Assembly (NCBI GenBank): GCA_020137815.1
Contig: CM035356.1
Span: forward strand, 2,170,001 to 2,234,000
From: Hormiphora californensis
Taxonomy: Eukaryota > Animalia > Ctenophora
Direction: 5' to 3'
Length of the DNA stretch: 64,000 bases
Shown: positions 28,001-40,226 of the stretch, one piece after another
How the letters are laid out: the number at the start of each line of letters is the position of its first letter
How positions within the stretch are numbered: position 1 is the stretch's first letter
The notes under the pieces: model-generated
What the model was told of the DNA's origin: nothing
Seen by the model: the letters and a program-made list of their open reading frames with translations, nothing else
The model's database searches: none
Translations under genes and position numbers: made by a program

Positions 28001-29220
28001 ATCTAGTTCAGATATTGAAATACACCTTGAAAAGTTTGTATGAACATCTTTCTAATGACTTAGGGCTAATATTAGGGCGTTTCAGAAATAACTTCGCTTC
28101 ACTATATTTTGGTATCTATGATAGATAGAGACTTCTACCCAGTTTTATCTTGTTCAATGGACGATTCTCTTCCTGAGAACGAGGTCTGAATAGTTTACGG
28201 CAATCTTAAGTACCCAAAATTTGGTGCTATGATACCGGAAGTCATGTTGCCGCTGAACGGGCTACCCAGAGTTTTTCAAACGCCGCTGGAGAAGAGCCGG
28301 TACAGATTTTTGACTTTTTACAGTGCTCAATCGATAGCCCATCGTCGAAGGATGAGATATATATATGCGATTTTGGTCTCGACGCGTTGCCCAAAAACCT
28401 CTTGGACAGTAAATGTAACACAAAAAGTCGAAAAAATGCAAAATTTCACCTCAATTTTTGGCTTGTTTTGGGGGTATGTTCGAAAATGTCAATTATTTAC
28501 TTTTATATGTCAACAAATCAAATAATTGGCTTGACTATGTCATAGAACTTCCTTAGAGCTATCTTTTGCTGCAAAGTTTTTGATTATGAGCTACTCATAT
28601 AAAAGGTGAAGGGACCCGGAAGTGAAACTTTCCAATTTTTACCGAATTTTTTTGGAGGCCGATTGCTCAGCCGCAAAGAAAGCTATGATCTTCTATTACA
28701 TCTTAAACGATAGATAATTGTCTAATGAACAAGCTTGATGCAATAAAACATCCCACAGATTCAATTTTCAAGAAGTACAGTAGTTTCAGTACTATGCGCG
28801 TTTTTCCCGTTCAGCGGCAATTTGAGTTAAAGGTGTTTCCGGGTTCGCTGAGAGCCACCCCTGATCAAAAATTTCAAAATAACTACGGTTGTGACTAGTC
28901 AAGACTTCAAATAACACGCTACAAAAGTGTAGATGTGGATATCTTCAATATTTTTTGAAAATATCGGGAGACGAAGTTATTTCTGAAACGCCCTAATACT
29001 ACCTGATCCCTCTCACTTCCCCATCTTCCTCTCTAACCCAAACCTCTCCTACTTTTAGGGCCAGTTGGTGGGTGTTTCCCGGCTGTCCAAGCACTCTGTT
29101 ACCATCACACCCAACATTATCAAGGAGTTCAAAATAGTTCGAGAGATTAATCATGAAAATATAAACCCCATCCTGGGTGCCTGTCATGAACCTGGCAATA
29201 TCATGGTCATTAGAGGTATA

Positions 29221-29257
<37 letters not shown>

Positions 29258-29262
29258 GTCTA

Positions 29263-29325
<63 letters not shown>

Positions 29326-29590
29326 GGCAATGATCGCTTACCAATTTACCAAACCAATAGCCATGGGCTCTAGATTGATCTATGGCACTGATTTTGACCC
29401 TTCCCCCTCTAGGTATGCTGGGTAAGGGCACACTCCAGGACATCCTAAGTGATGAGAAAGTTACCCTGGATGACATGTTCAAATCTTCCATGATTGGGGA
29501 CGCAGCTAAGGTAGAGTGTTTTTTGAGAGTTTTCATTTTGGAAATTGGCATTTTGCAATTTCAATGTTTGTATTGGCATTGTGCTTAGGT

Positions 29591-29684
<94 letters not shown>

Positions 29685-32600
29685 CAGTTCTAGTTCAGAT
29701 TGAAGCAACTCTGAATGATATTGTAACCCCACTCCCCGGCCCCCTCTGAATGATATTGTAACCCCCCTCCTCCAGGCTCTGGAATACCTTCACAAATCAG
29801 TGCTCTCCTACCATGGTAACCTAACCAGTAACTCCCTGGGAGTTGACTCCCACTGGGTCTTAAAGATGTCAGACTATGGGCTCCGGGAGTTCAGGGGTAA
29901 CTGTGTGGATGCAGAGGAGACAGAGGACCACAAATATTCTAGTGAGTATAGACCTGACCCTGTTTAGGATAGGTGATCAGAGCCAGAATGGGGGATATAA
30001 CTGGGGGGATAACTGGAGTTGTTTTTAACTAGGCCGTTTGATTTATTAGTCTCACGATGTTTTTCTTTTCAGAAAAGTTATGGAAAGCCCCTGAATTTAT
30101 AGAACATTCAGACGAGCTAAAGGGTTCACAAAAGGGTGATATTTACTCCTTTGGAATTATAATTAACGAGATAATAACTCGGTTATTACCTTTTGAGTCG
30201 TATGATGACCCCCCTAAAGTGATAGTTGAGAGGGTTGTTAGTTGTGAGGAGCCGCCCTTCCGACCAGAAATGGAGGACTCCAGCAGCGATCAGGTATAAT
30301 TGGAATCTTGCGAATTAGCTGGATTTACTGATTTCTGTGCCCTATTGGGGCCAATGGTTTTGCTAGATTTGTTCGTTACCCAGTGGAAATTTATCGTCAT
30401 ATTAGAATCGATCTGACAAATCTGACCTCTGACCCCTCTCTTCAGATCACATCACTACAGCGGCTGGTAGGGGAGATGTGGGCTAACTCAGAATCAAACA
30501 GGCCCGATATCAACCAAGTTAGGAGGAAACTTAAAAGTATTTTCCCTGAAAAGTAAGTGACTTTTTGTTTGGCGAAAAATGTAAAAGACTCGTTAGAATT
30601 GTTGTTACTCAACAACGTTAGAATGTACACCGATTTCCCAATCACACTCACAGCTCTTTCTCTAAACATCCCTCCTTCAGATCGAGAAGTATTACAGAGC
30701 GAGTTATTCTCATGATGGAGAAATACGCGGCAAATCTGGAAATAAAAGTGGAAGAGAGGACAGCTGAGTTGAGGATAGAGAAACAAAAAGCAGATCAACT
30801 GTTGTACAGAATGTTACCAAGGTTTGTGAGAGATTACACGTGACACGAACACGTGACACGTGCGTGATTGATAACGCGTGATAGATTTCCAGGCTACACT
30901 GATGCAGTGCGCGAGTAATATCGCGTGATATCCAATTTATTTTGTCAGGGTGGTTGCTGAAAAGATGAAACAGGGTAAATCGATAGAAGCAGAACTATTT
31001 GAGAACGTGACGGTTTACTTTAGCGATGTGGTGTCATTTACTAATCTCTGCTCTCAGAGTACACCCATGGAGGTATAGTTGGGAGGTCTAGATAGTAGAC
31101 ACAAAGGTCTAGATAGTATATCGATCTTTTTCAATTTGAAATCTTTGCCTATTAACCTCCTCCCAGCCCCGTACAATCCCCTCTATCTCCCCTGCACAGG
31201 TAGTATAGCCCCTTACAATCCCCCTCTATCTCCCCTGCACAGGTAGTATAGCCCCTTACAATCCCCCTCTATCTCCCCTGCACAGGTAGTAGCCTTCCTG
31301 GACGACATGTACACAATGTTCGACTCGATTATCGAGTCTTATGACGTCTACAAAGTAGAAACGATAGGAGACGCATACATGTTGGTGTCAGGTTTACCAA
31401 ATAGAAATGGTAACAGTCACGTGATCGAAATAACGGAGGCTGCCCTGGCCCTAATTCAGGGTACTTCAAAGTTCAAAGTGCGGCATAAACCGGGATATCA
31501 GCTACAGATCCGAGTGGGCATCCATTCAGGTATGTTAATCCATAACCCTCTGAGTTGTTAGAATCTTTCTAGTTTATCCTACCCATAAACCTATAGATAC
31601 AAGTCCTGACCATCTAAGTAGCCCTAAGTCAACTCCATGGAATGGTCCTCCTTTGCCCTTTTTATGCGGCCAAAAACCCAAGATATCCCCCATCTTTTTA
31701 ACTCCCCCTCTCTCAGGACCGTGTTGTGCGGGTGTGGTTGGTAAACTGATGCCCAGGTACTGCCTATTTGGGGATACCATCAACACAGCCAGTAGAATGG
31801 AGAGCAATGGACAAGGTAATGTGATTTACATAACTTAGAAAGTTTGTTACATTTTCTAGTGGCCCCAACTTTCGAAACTGCACTACCAGAATCAAATAAT
31901 CTGATTCACCCATGATCCTAGTATAGTTTCACAGTCATCAAATCTGTTTCCCTATTTCAAGGACAAGTCTGCACTAATTCTAACGATCTAAATCCTCCCC
32001 CTTTCAGCTATGAAGGTCCATATGTCACAGTGTACGTATGACTTGCTAAAGGACTATGATTGTTACAATGTTTCGGAAAGAGGTGGAACAATCGATGTCA
32101 AGGTTTGTACCCGATCCCCAATAACTTTCTCTCTCCCATTTTCTGTTTTGATTCTTTACTTCCTCCTAATTTTTTGTCAAAACTAAACACTCTAGCCGTG
32201 CATGATCTGTATTTTCACTGTGCAATTGCATGGCTAAATATAATAGTCTTCTCTCATGTTATGCCTACCCATTTTCATGTGATTTATCATCTTTATTGGG
32301 TCGTAGTGGTTGTATTTAGGAGAAGATAGATGTTAATCTCAACTCAAACAAAGGGTGTGAATGTAATATCAGTGAAAATGTCGTGTGTGAACTTGTATCG
32401 ACCCTCCTCAATGGAACAACACCCCCTGGACTGTGAAACATAACGCACTAACACGTGACAGGGTAAGGGCCAAATGAAGACCTATTTCTGTGAGCACAAC
32501 CCGGATGTAGCTCGTCCCGCTCTGGTGAAAGAACAGGAGCAGCCCTCACCGCCCCCCATAGTCCCATTGAGCCAGGTTTACCGTGCTAACGGCTCCCTCT

Positions 32601-33371
32601 CCGGGTCTCGCCGGACAACCCATCACAGCAAAACAAGTCCTGTGCTGAGTGCGGCTAGCTCAGCTCACACGGCAGCAGCGGGTGGCAGTGGTGGATCTCA
32701 CAGTGGTATATTAGAGAGTGTTATGGTGGATGTTGACAGGGCTTTTAGACGATTTTCACATCAGCATTTGGTATTTTGAGAGGCACACACCCTCTTGCCA
32801 GTTCATGAAACAATGCAAATCTGCCATTCCTTAATCTCAGTCTCTTAGCATAGCCATCAGACATAATCAGTGAAACCTATTAGCATAATGTGAATCCTAT
32901 TAGCACGTGTGATTGTGTGGAATTTTGAAATGCAAGCTAAGGTGGTATACTAAACACTCTATCTTCCATTGTGGCGGATCTCATCCTACCCAGAGTTGCT
33001 ACCTTGCTAGATTGCTACCACCCGCTAACTCTTTCAAAACCTCCCGTGTTGAAGTTTACTGTTGGCGAACTCTACCCCCCCCCCCCCTTCGATTCACCCA
33101 CTCCAACACTAACACTTCACCTCTTCTTCAGGGCAAGGGAGCGATGAAAACCTATTTCTGTGAGGGTTTCCAGGACGGTAAAAAGCGACCTCAACTCGTT
33201 AAAAGTGGATCCGAACCGGAATCACGGCCCTCTGTCACATCTCGACACCCTCCCAAGGGATTCAAACCCCTCAAATCTCCAGAGGACGATGGCCGTAGTC
33301 CCAGTGCCAGAAAGCGGTCCTCAGAACCCTTGCTTAAGAAACTAAACGGACTTGAAGACTCTACGGTGTGA
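18803..33371 (+). CDS. Receptor (transmembrane) guanylate cyclase, natriuretic-peptide-receptor-like architecture, >20 exons
   Basis: Signal peptide [16 protein letters not shown]-receptor domain exons (VFIGPACS...[14 protein letters not shown]...[13 protein letters not shown]). TM exon ~25318-25398 ([22 protein letters not shown]). Kinase-homology exons ([19 protein letters not shown]), a coiled coil, and a cyclase domain with [19 protein letters not shown] and [18 protein letters not shown] (GTP-specifying E and C). Confidence 0.95.
20890..21760. repeat. ~57-bp minisatellite (TATAGTCTGACTCACGACTTGTGAGGGACTACCATATAACACATATCCTCTTT), ~8 copies, interrupted by a foldback element
   Basis: Directly visible tandem units in guanylate cyclase intron 3. 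Confidence 0.9.
21311..21710. mobile_element. ~400-bp foldback MITE (near-perfect ~200-bp inverted arms)
   Basis: taagggtcaccacacaccaaagtt... and ...aactttggtgtgtggtgaccctta. The arms meet at aaaattttaaaatttt. Inserted at a TA/TAA site of the minisatellite. Confidence 0.85.
26056..27858. repeat. 33/32-bp C-rich minisatellite (CCCCTGTTTGCTGCATGAGCTACCCTCCTCCCCTCCCG), roughly 55 copies, intronic
   Basis: Directly visible tandem array. The repetitive ORFs in the ORF track are by-products of it. Confidence 0.95.
28073..28995. mobile_element. ~920-bp non-autonomous DNA transposon (TIR TAGGGCGTTTCAGAAATAACTTCG)
   Basis: Perfect 24-bp terminal inverted repeats at both ends, no coding capacity. Confidence 0.8.
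32462..32779 (+). CDS. Alternative terminal exon A of the guanylate cyclase
   Basis: Acceptor cactaac...gacag|GGT AAG GGC CAA ATG AAG ACC TAT TTC TGT GAG ([11 protein letters not shown]...), in phase with the donor after ...TIDVK. Paralogous to exon B at 33132 ([11 protein letters not shown]). Confidence 0.75.
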   Translation, partial: GKGQMKTYFCEHNPDVARPALVKEQEQPSPPPIVPLSQVYRANGSLSGSRRTTHHSKTSPVLSAASSAHTAAAGGSGGSHSGILESVMVDVDRAFRRFSHQHLVF

Positions 33372-33608
33372 GACTGAGAGACAATAATGAGAGAGAGCTC
33401 TCGTAATTATATATATCAGGGTAGAATTATTTGGGTGTAAATAATTATTGTTGACGAGTTGTATTATATTTGAAATATTGAATGACATTGACGTGTTTAG
33501 TTGAAGAAACCCCTGTGCAGATAGTAAGACGGAGGAATATCAGTTTTGTGGTACAAAGTGAAAGACATTCAGAAACGTTTTGTGTTTTGTTGTGAGCATG
33601 AAGTGAGA

Positions 33609-33720
<112 letters not shown>

Positions 33721-33989
33721 TTTCTATCTCGTAATTACTAATTTCTCTGTGTTATTGTATATATCAAGGACAGATTTTATGATGTGTTTTTTGTTGCAAA
33801 TACCTAATTCACAATTTGAATTGAAAGAAATGAAACCCACGCTGTTTTGAACTTGTTCCCTTATACATTGAGATCACACAGATTTGACTGAAGCGAATTC
33901 GGATGCTCCAAGCAGCATTTCTCTTTCTCTCATCGCTTCAGTAAGATACACGTGTGATATCAAGATTGGTTGAAACTGAGGGGGTGTTT

Positions 33990-34200
33990 ATCGGTTCCAA
34001 CGCCGTCTAGACACCGTCCAGACGGTACGGAGTCAGGCGGGCTAGAGTGTGCGTCTGAAGCCCGTTTAGACGGCGTCTAAATGGGTACCGTTTCAGACGT
34101 CCCGTCTAAACGGGCTTCAGACGCACGTCTGGGGGCAGAACCCGTTTAGACAGGTACCGTCTGGACGGCGTTTGAACAGCGTCTAGACGCCGTCTCCGGC
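33990..34200. repeat. Palindromic AGACG/CGTCT-rich foldback repeat
   Basis: ccgtccagacggtac versus gtaccgtctggacgg; gcgtctgaagcccgtttagacgg versus ccgtctaaacgggcttcagacgc. Confidence 0.6.
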
Positions 34201-34670
34201 AAATGAACATTTGCCCCGACATGTGATGGTGCCACATCTATTATTGTTCGCCCGTTTTGAAGAAATCAAACAGGGATCGGAGTGGGCTTGTTGAGAGTGA
34301 GACCGGGCAGCTGGAGGTGGGAGGCCCTAGGGGCCTGGTTGCAGTTTGGGCACGTTGTACCCCTCTCTATGCGGCCAAGGTTGCGGTTTGAATTAACATG
34401 TGGCTGAAAATTTCAGTGAAATGTCTCCAGAAAAAGGGTCACAGTTATGTTTATTCATGTTGAAGGTCTTCTCTTCTTTTGTTCTTGCATTGCTTGATGC
34501 GGTAATTGCCTGATTACCTGTCAGTTTTTTGAGGTCAGGAGAAAAGATTTGGCATGTGATGATAATGACCTGTCTCCCTATTGTCTAATAGACCCAATGA
34601 CCTAATGAGTGGAAGAAGCACACTCAAAAAGCAGTATTCTTCTTCTTGTATAGTGCGGGGTACTGTACAT

Positions 34671-35538
34671 TAGGGTGTGCTATTTCAAATTTTTTTCGAC
34701 TAGGCCATTCAGTATCTAGCTAATGTGAAACTATGGACAATTCTCTATCACATCAGCAAAACAGAATCGAGATAGTGTTTGTCAGTTACGTTGGCATCGC
34801 GATTTAAAAAGTGTACTTTTTAACCGAAAAATGGTAAAAACAGGGAAATATGTGTGGTTTTCACCAGTTTTTGACTTGTTTTGTTCAAACCTTTTTATTT
34901 TATTTTATAGGTCGAACAAGGCAATTTTTGACATGTTCTTGATATCAACTTTTTATGTTCAGGATCGTGTTCAGCACCTCGAAACTGACAAGAATTGATA
35001 TGCATCATTAAATGATGCTAAAGTTCATTTTTGACCTAAAAATGTTCATTTTTGACAAAAAATGTTCATTTTGGACATGTTCCTAAATTTTGAGAGCTTT
35101 TTCATGAACGGGATCGTGTTCCGCAGGCCAAAATTAGTCGATTACAACCGAAATTTGCTTTCCACCAAGAAAAACTAAAAAAAATTAAAATTCGTCCCCA
35201 CGATTCTGCAAGTTGGTAAAATTAGCAAGAAAAAAAGGGAGAAAAATTTTTATTTTTGTTCATAAAGTGGATATCTGAAGACTCAAACTGAAAGTAACAG
35301 TTGTATAAGTTGTCACGAGACGATTTATATGTGTGTTTTGTTCGAAATCACGCCCTAAAACAGACTTTTTGAAATGAATATGCCCATATATGGGCATAGC
35401 TCGTGCCAACGTAATTGGGCCATGGTAGAGCCAAAACTTTGTGATAAAATGTTTTAGAATGATCGTAGGAGCTCATTTAACCCGATACCAAGTGAAATTT
35501 TGAATTAAATTAACCATTTGAAAAAATAGCACACCCTA
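34671..35538. mobile_element. ~870-bp hAT-like MITE, copy 1 (TIR TAGGGTGTGCTATTT)
   Basis: TIRs tagggtgtgctattt / aaatagcacacccta. Essentially identical copies start at 36184 and 61283. 8-bp target duplication with an altered first base (ctgtacat/gtgtacat). Confidence 0.88.
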
Positions 35539-36260
35539 CAGTGTACATGTAACATGGGCCGGAGGGGCGAGGGGGTACATGGCTGTAGCAGTCGATTTTG
35601 CTTGGCTGTGTGATTTGCTTGTCTGTAAAATTACTGATACAGTTGTGATCAGATCACTGCTCTGAGTAGGATAGTTATCTACCGTTTAACGTCAGATGAG
35701 TGCGTATTCGACCGCAATCGACAACAAAATCATGTGATACTGTCTGTTCTAAGCTTCAAGTGTGCTCCAAGTGTGCAGTGCACTCTAACAGTGCTCTACG
35801 TTTAGTGATACAACAGTCTTGCATTGAACAGAACCATTAGATTAAAATACATATAACATATTATATGCCCGGTTGAAATAATAATATAATGTACGTTCTG
35901 TAATTTTTTGGTTTATACTTATCATTTGGACTGATCACAGAAGTCTACATTCGCTTATTTCGGCAAAAATTTCTGTTTTATTTTCCAATTCTAATTCTAT
36001 AACATATAAAGCTGTCTACCTTCCCTAATCTCTTCTCTCTCTCAGTCTCTACTCTCCTTCTATCGCCATTCCTTTCACTAAATTAATTCCCCCCTCTTGC
36101 ATCATGATTGTGACTCTCTCCAAGCAACAGCTATAACCTATTTCTAACTGTATGGAAAGAGTGACAGTGTGTCCAGTGTCCATTAGGGTGTGCTATTTCA
36201 AATTTTTTTCGACTAGGCCATTCAGTATCTAGCTAATGTGAAACTATGGACAATTCTCTA

Positions 36261-38406
36261 TCATAGCGCTGGCAAGCGCCCGGGGCCCAATCCTCCCTTC
36301 CCCCAACCATCATTTCCCCCAAAATTTCCCTCTAACAAGCATCTTTCCTCCCAGTAAAAGGAAAATCGAAATTGCAGAAAAAATTTTTTTGAGAATTTTT
36401 GAAAATTTTTGAAAATTCTGACAGCGCTACTATACTTATTGTCTGAAATCGGCAATTTCAACTTTGTTTTAGACAACCTTCCTGTTGTACTACGAACATG
36501 CCGCTTGGTAGTTCGTGTTGCCTTGACACCTAGAGCACACGTTCAAAATTTCATGCAAATCGGAGTTACGGTTTTTGCGCTACAGATGGTCGTATTTTAG
36601 ACAAAATGGCCGCTTTTAGCGTGACTAACGACCTTGACTGTACCACTTTTTTGCGTACACGATGGAGGCCACAGTTTTAAAGCTATCACCATGAAACTTT
36701 GGGAGATGGTAGGTCTAGTGGTGTACCTTGTATTAAAGCTTGGACAGAGAAAACGGACAGTCATAACAAAAGTTATGACTGTCTTAAGTTTTGTTTGGCG
36801 TCTTAGACAACTTTCCCGTCGTTCTATGAACACGCCGCTTGGTACGTTGTGTTGCCTTGTCATCTTGAACACACGTTCAAAATTTCAAGCAAATCCGAGT
36901 TACGGTTCTTCAGTTACGGGCATCTGACTGTATTAAGATTTAAGACGATTTTCAAAAAACTTAGAAAAGAGCAAATTAAACTATAAATCATGATTTTATC
37001 ATACATGTTTTTCCAACGTGGGTTAACTGCTGTATTTTCAGATATAATTGGTAGTAATATCTATATGTATGACTGTCTTAAATTTAAGACGATTTTAAAA
37101 ACACCTACAAAGAAGCGATTCAGAGTCTAAATTAACATTGAATCAGATTTGTTTTATAAAATTAGGCTTACTGCCGCATTTTCAGTGATAATTGGTAGTC
37201 ATATCTAGAGTTATGACTGTCTTAGATATAAGACGATTTTCAAAAACATCTAGAAAGGGGCGAGTTTTATTGTATCAGGCATATTTTGTAGAATTAGGTG
37301 GTCTGTTGCAATTTTAGGGGTTATTCGTAGTCATATCTAGAGTTATTACTATCTTACATTTAAGACGATTTAAAAAAACACCCAGAAACGAGCGAATTAG
37401 CATCTAGAACCTGATTTTATCAGATATATCTGATTATTAATGCTTCTCCGTGATCATTATCCGTGACTAATAATCAAAATCATAGAATAATCGCGGAGAA
37501 CCAATCGCGGAGAACCAATTGCGGATAACTAACCACGATAACTTGTCGCGAAATAAATCGCGATAACTTATAACGGATTCATGATAACTGATAAGTTATC
37601 TGCGATTGGTTGTCTGCGATTACTATCATATTAGTTATTCGTGATTGATATCCGAGATTGGATATCTGCGATTATTATGAGGCTACCTAGTACCTACGAT
37701 TTAAAAAGTCCGTGAATCCTCAATCCGTGTTTATTAGATTAAGCTAGTATTTAATTACAAAATGCATGTCATAGTACAGTCGGACCCTGATTTAGTGGCC
37801 CCCGATTTAGTGGCACCCCGATTTAGTGGCAGGATTTTTTTCCCCCGATATAGGAAACTAACAATATTTGAACCCGATTTAGTGGCACCCCGATTTAGTG
37901 GCAGGATTTTCTTCCCCCGAGGATGCCACTAAATCGGGGTCCGACTGTATAACAAAATGCCTGATACTAGATCCAAAAACCAAACAAGTTTGGTGGATAG
38001 CCGGGGCCGGAGAAATTGAAAATCGTGCGAAAGTTTTGATACATGAACTTTCGGGGCCTGGGGTGCTGTTAAATTCGCGTTTCCATGATAGTCAGCCGTT
38101 CTTTCAAAACACACTATTATTATCAAAATAATATTATTCTGTAAAACAGACTCTGAAACGACCCACTGTGCACAGTAAATATATGTGACATGCGTGGATC
38201 TGTATTTATGATGTGGAATAAACTAATGTTTGATCATTGCACTAGTTTTCCTGGCGTATAGTTTGAAAATTTTGTTGGTTATAATCATGGAAACGCGAAT
38301 TTAACAGCACCCCAGGCCCCGAAAGTTCATGTATCAAAACTTTCGCACGATTTTCAATTTCTCCGGCCCCGGCTATCCACCAAACTTGTTTGGTTTTTGG
38401 ATCTAG
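36261..38406 (+). mobile_element. Non-autonomous Helitron (~2.15 kb)
   Basis: Inserted between A and T of the host MITE (ctcta|tcacatc) with no TSD. Starts with TC and ends with CTAG, with the subterminal hairpin accaaac-tt-gtttggt just before the CTAG. Contains internal ~120-bp degenerate tandem repeats and a nested MITE. Confidence 0.85.
37774..37949. mobile_element. CAGTCGGACC-family MITE nested in the Helitron
   Basis: ta|cagtcggaccctgatttagtgg ... ccactaaatcggggtccgactg|ta. Confidence 0.8.
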
Positions 38407-39710
38407 TCACATCAGCAAAACAGAATCGAGATAGTGTTTGTCAGTTACGTTGGCATCGCGATTTAAAAAGTGTACTTTTTAACCGAAAAATGGTAAAAAC
38501 AGGGAAATATGTGTGGTTTTCACCAGTTTTTGACTTGTTTTGTTCAAACCTTTTTATTTTATTTTATAGGTCGAACAAGGCAATTTTTGACATGTTCTTG
38601 ATATCAACTTTTTATGTTCAGGATCGTGTTCAGCACCTCGAAACTGACAAGAATTGATATGCATCATTAAATGATGCTAAAGTTCATTTTTGACCTAAAA
38701 ATGTTCATTTTTGACAAAAAATGTTCATTTTGGACATGTTCCTAAATTTTGAGAGCTTTTTCATGAACGGGATCGTGTTCCGCAGGCCAAAATTAGTCGA
38801 TTACAACCGAAATTTGCTTTCCACCAAGAAAAACTAAAAAAAATTAAAATTCGTCCCCACGATTCTGCAAGTTGGTAAAATTAGCAAGAAAAAAAGGGAG
38901 AAAAATTTTTATTTTTGTTCATAAAGTGGATATCTGAAGACTCAAACTGAAAGTAACAGTTGTATAAGTTGTCACGAGACGATTTATATGTGTGTTTTGT
39001 TCGAAATCACGCCCTAAAACAGACTTTTTGAAATGAATATGCCCATATATGGGCATAGCTCGTGCCAACGTAATTGGGCCATGGTAGAGCCAAAACTTTG
39101 TGATAAAATGTTTTAGAATGATCGTAGGAGCTCATTTAACCCGATACCAAGTGAAATTTTGAATTAAATTAACCATTTGAAAAAATCTGTTAATGAGTCG
39201 ATAAAGCATGGACACTGTCCATGCTTTATCGACTCATTAACAGATTTTGTAGCCACTTTTATCGTTTTCCCAGCTACCAATGATAGGCAAAGCGTTAGCA
39301 AGGGATTGGTAGTACCATTGGTAGTACCAATCCCTTGCTAACGCTTTGCCTGTATAGGCATGGGAAGACGAGGCGAAGACAATACTTTTCAATGTACCTC
39401 CTCTTGTAGCGTTTAGAGAGGGGAGATTTTTACTAAGAATAGTACCAGCTGTAGAGAGCAGCTTTTCTTCTGAGCTTAGAGAAGGTGCAGTTCAATAGAA
39501 CTACAGCGAGAGATTTGGGAAAAGCTACCATTTCTTTTCCTTCACCTGAATCTTGCTATACCAGTGATCGTTCCCTTGTTGAACAAGTTGTTCTATTTTA
39601 AATAGCTCTTTACCCAGCCGGCCAGCCCTCGGATCGTTCTCTTACCTACGACCGCCAATCTTTAATTCAAATATATTCCACTAGACTAGTGGTGATGTAA
39701 ATCCAATGTC

Positions 39711-40226
39711 ATGAATGTTTTCTGGCTCCTTGTGGTGCTTCAAGTGGTCCTAATCTCAGAGTCATCTGAGTTTAGCTGTGAGAACCGGCTAGATGGTACC
39801 TTCCAGTATGAGGGGAGGTGTGACGCGTATTTTAAGTGTAGAGACGGCGTCCGACAGGAAATACCATGCCCAAATGGCCTTACGGTAGGGGAATAATACT
39901 GATCGTGATTTTGGTGTACTTTTTTATGTTTACCAAAACTTTTGGTCCAAAAGTACTTGCAGTGTTTGATCCAAAAATTTATTTTATTTCAGTTTGATTC
40001 GGAAAGTCTGGTGTGTACCGCTAGATCAACCTGTGTTGATTCCAAAGAACCAGACGAAGATAGCACCGGTGATGATGAAGATGAAGATGACGGTTTAGAT
40101 GAAAACAAAGATGAAGAAAATGAAGACAAAGATGAAGAAGATGAAAAAGACGATGACGAAGCTACTGACAATGATGGTACTGATTGGGATGGTGATGATG
40201 ATATAGCAGATGCCGGTAGTAAGTAA
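39711..40226 (+). CDS. Secreted chitin-binding (CBM14/peritrophin-A) protein with Asp/Glu-rich tail, exons 39711-39884 and 39993-40226
   Basis: Signal peptide followed by the six-Cys pattern C..RLDGTF...C.AYFKC.DG....IPCPNGL|TFD....C.....C, then a poly-D/E tract. Confidence 0.85.

Larger units (their letters stand above)
36184..39185. mobile_element. hAT-like MITE copy 2, interrupted by a Helitron, right TIR eroded
   Basis: 36184-36260 plus 38407-39185 match copy 1 continuously once 36261-38406 is removed. Confidence 0.85.

Noticed and set aside
36409-36927. ORFs inside the Helitron and MITEs as transposase or Rep/helicase
   Set aside because: Short, with no DDE, HUH or helicase motifs. The elements are non-autonomous.
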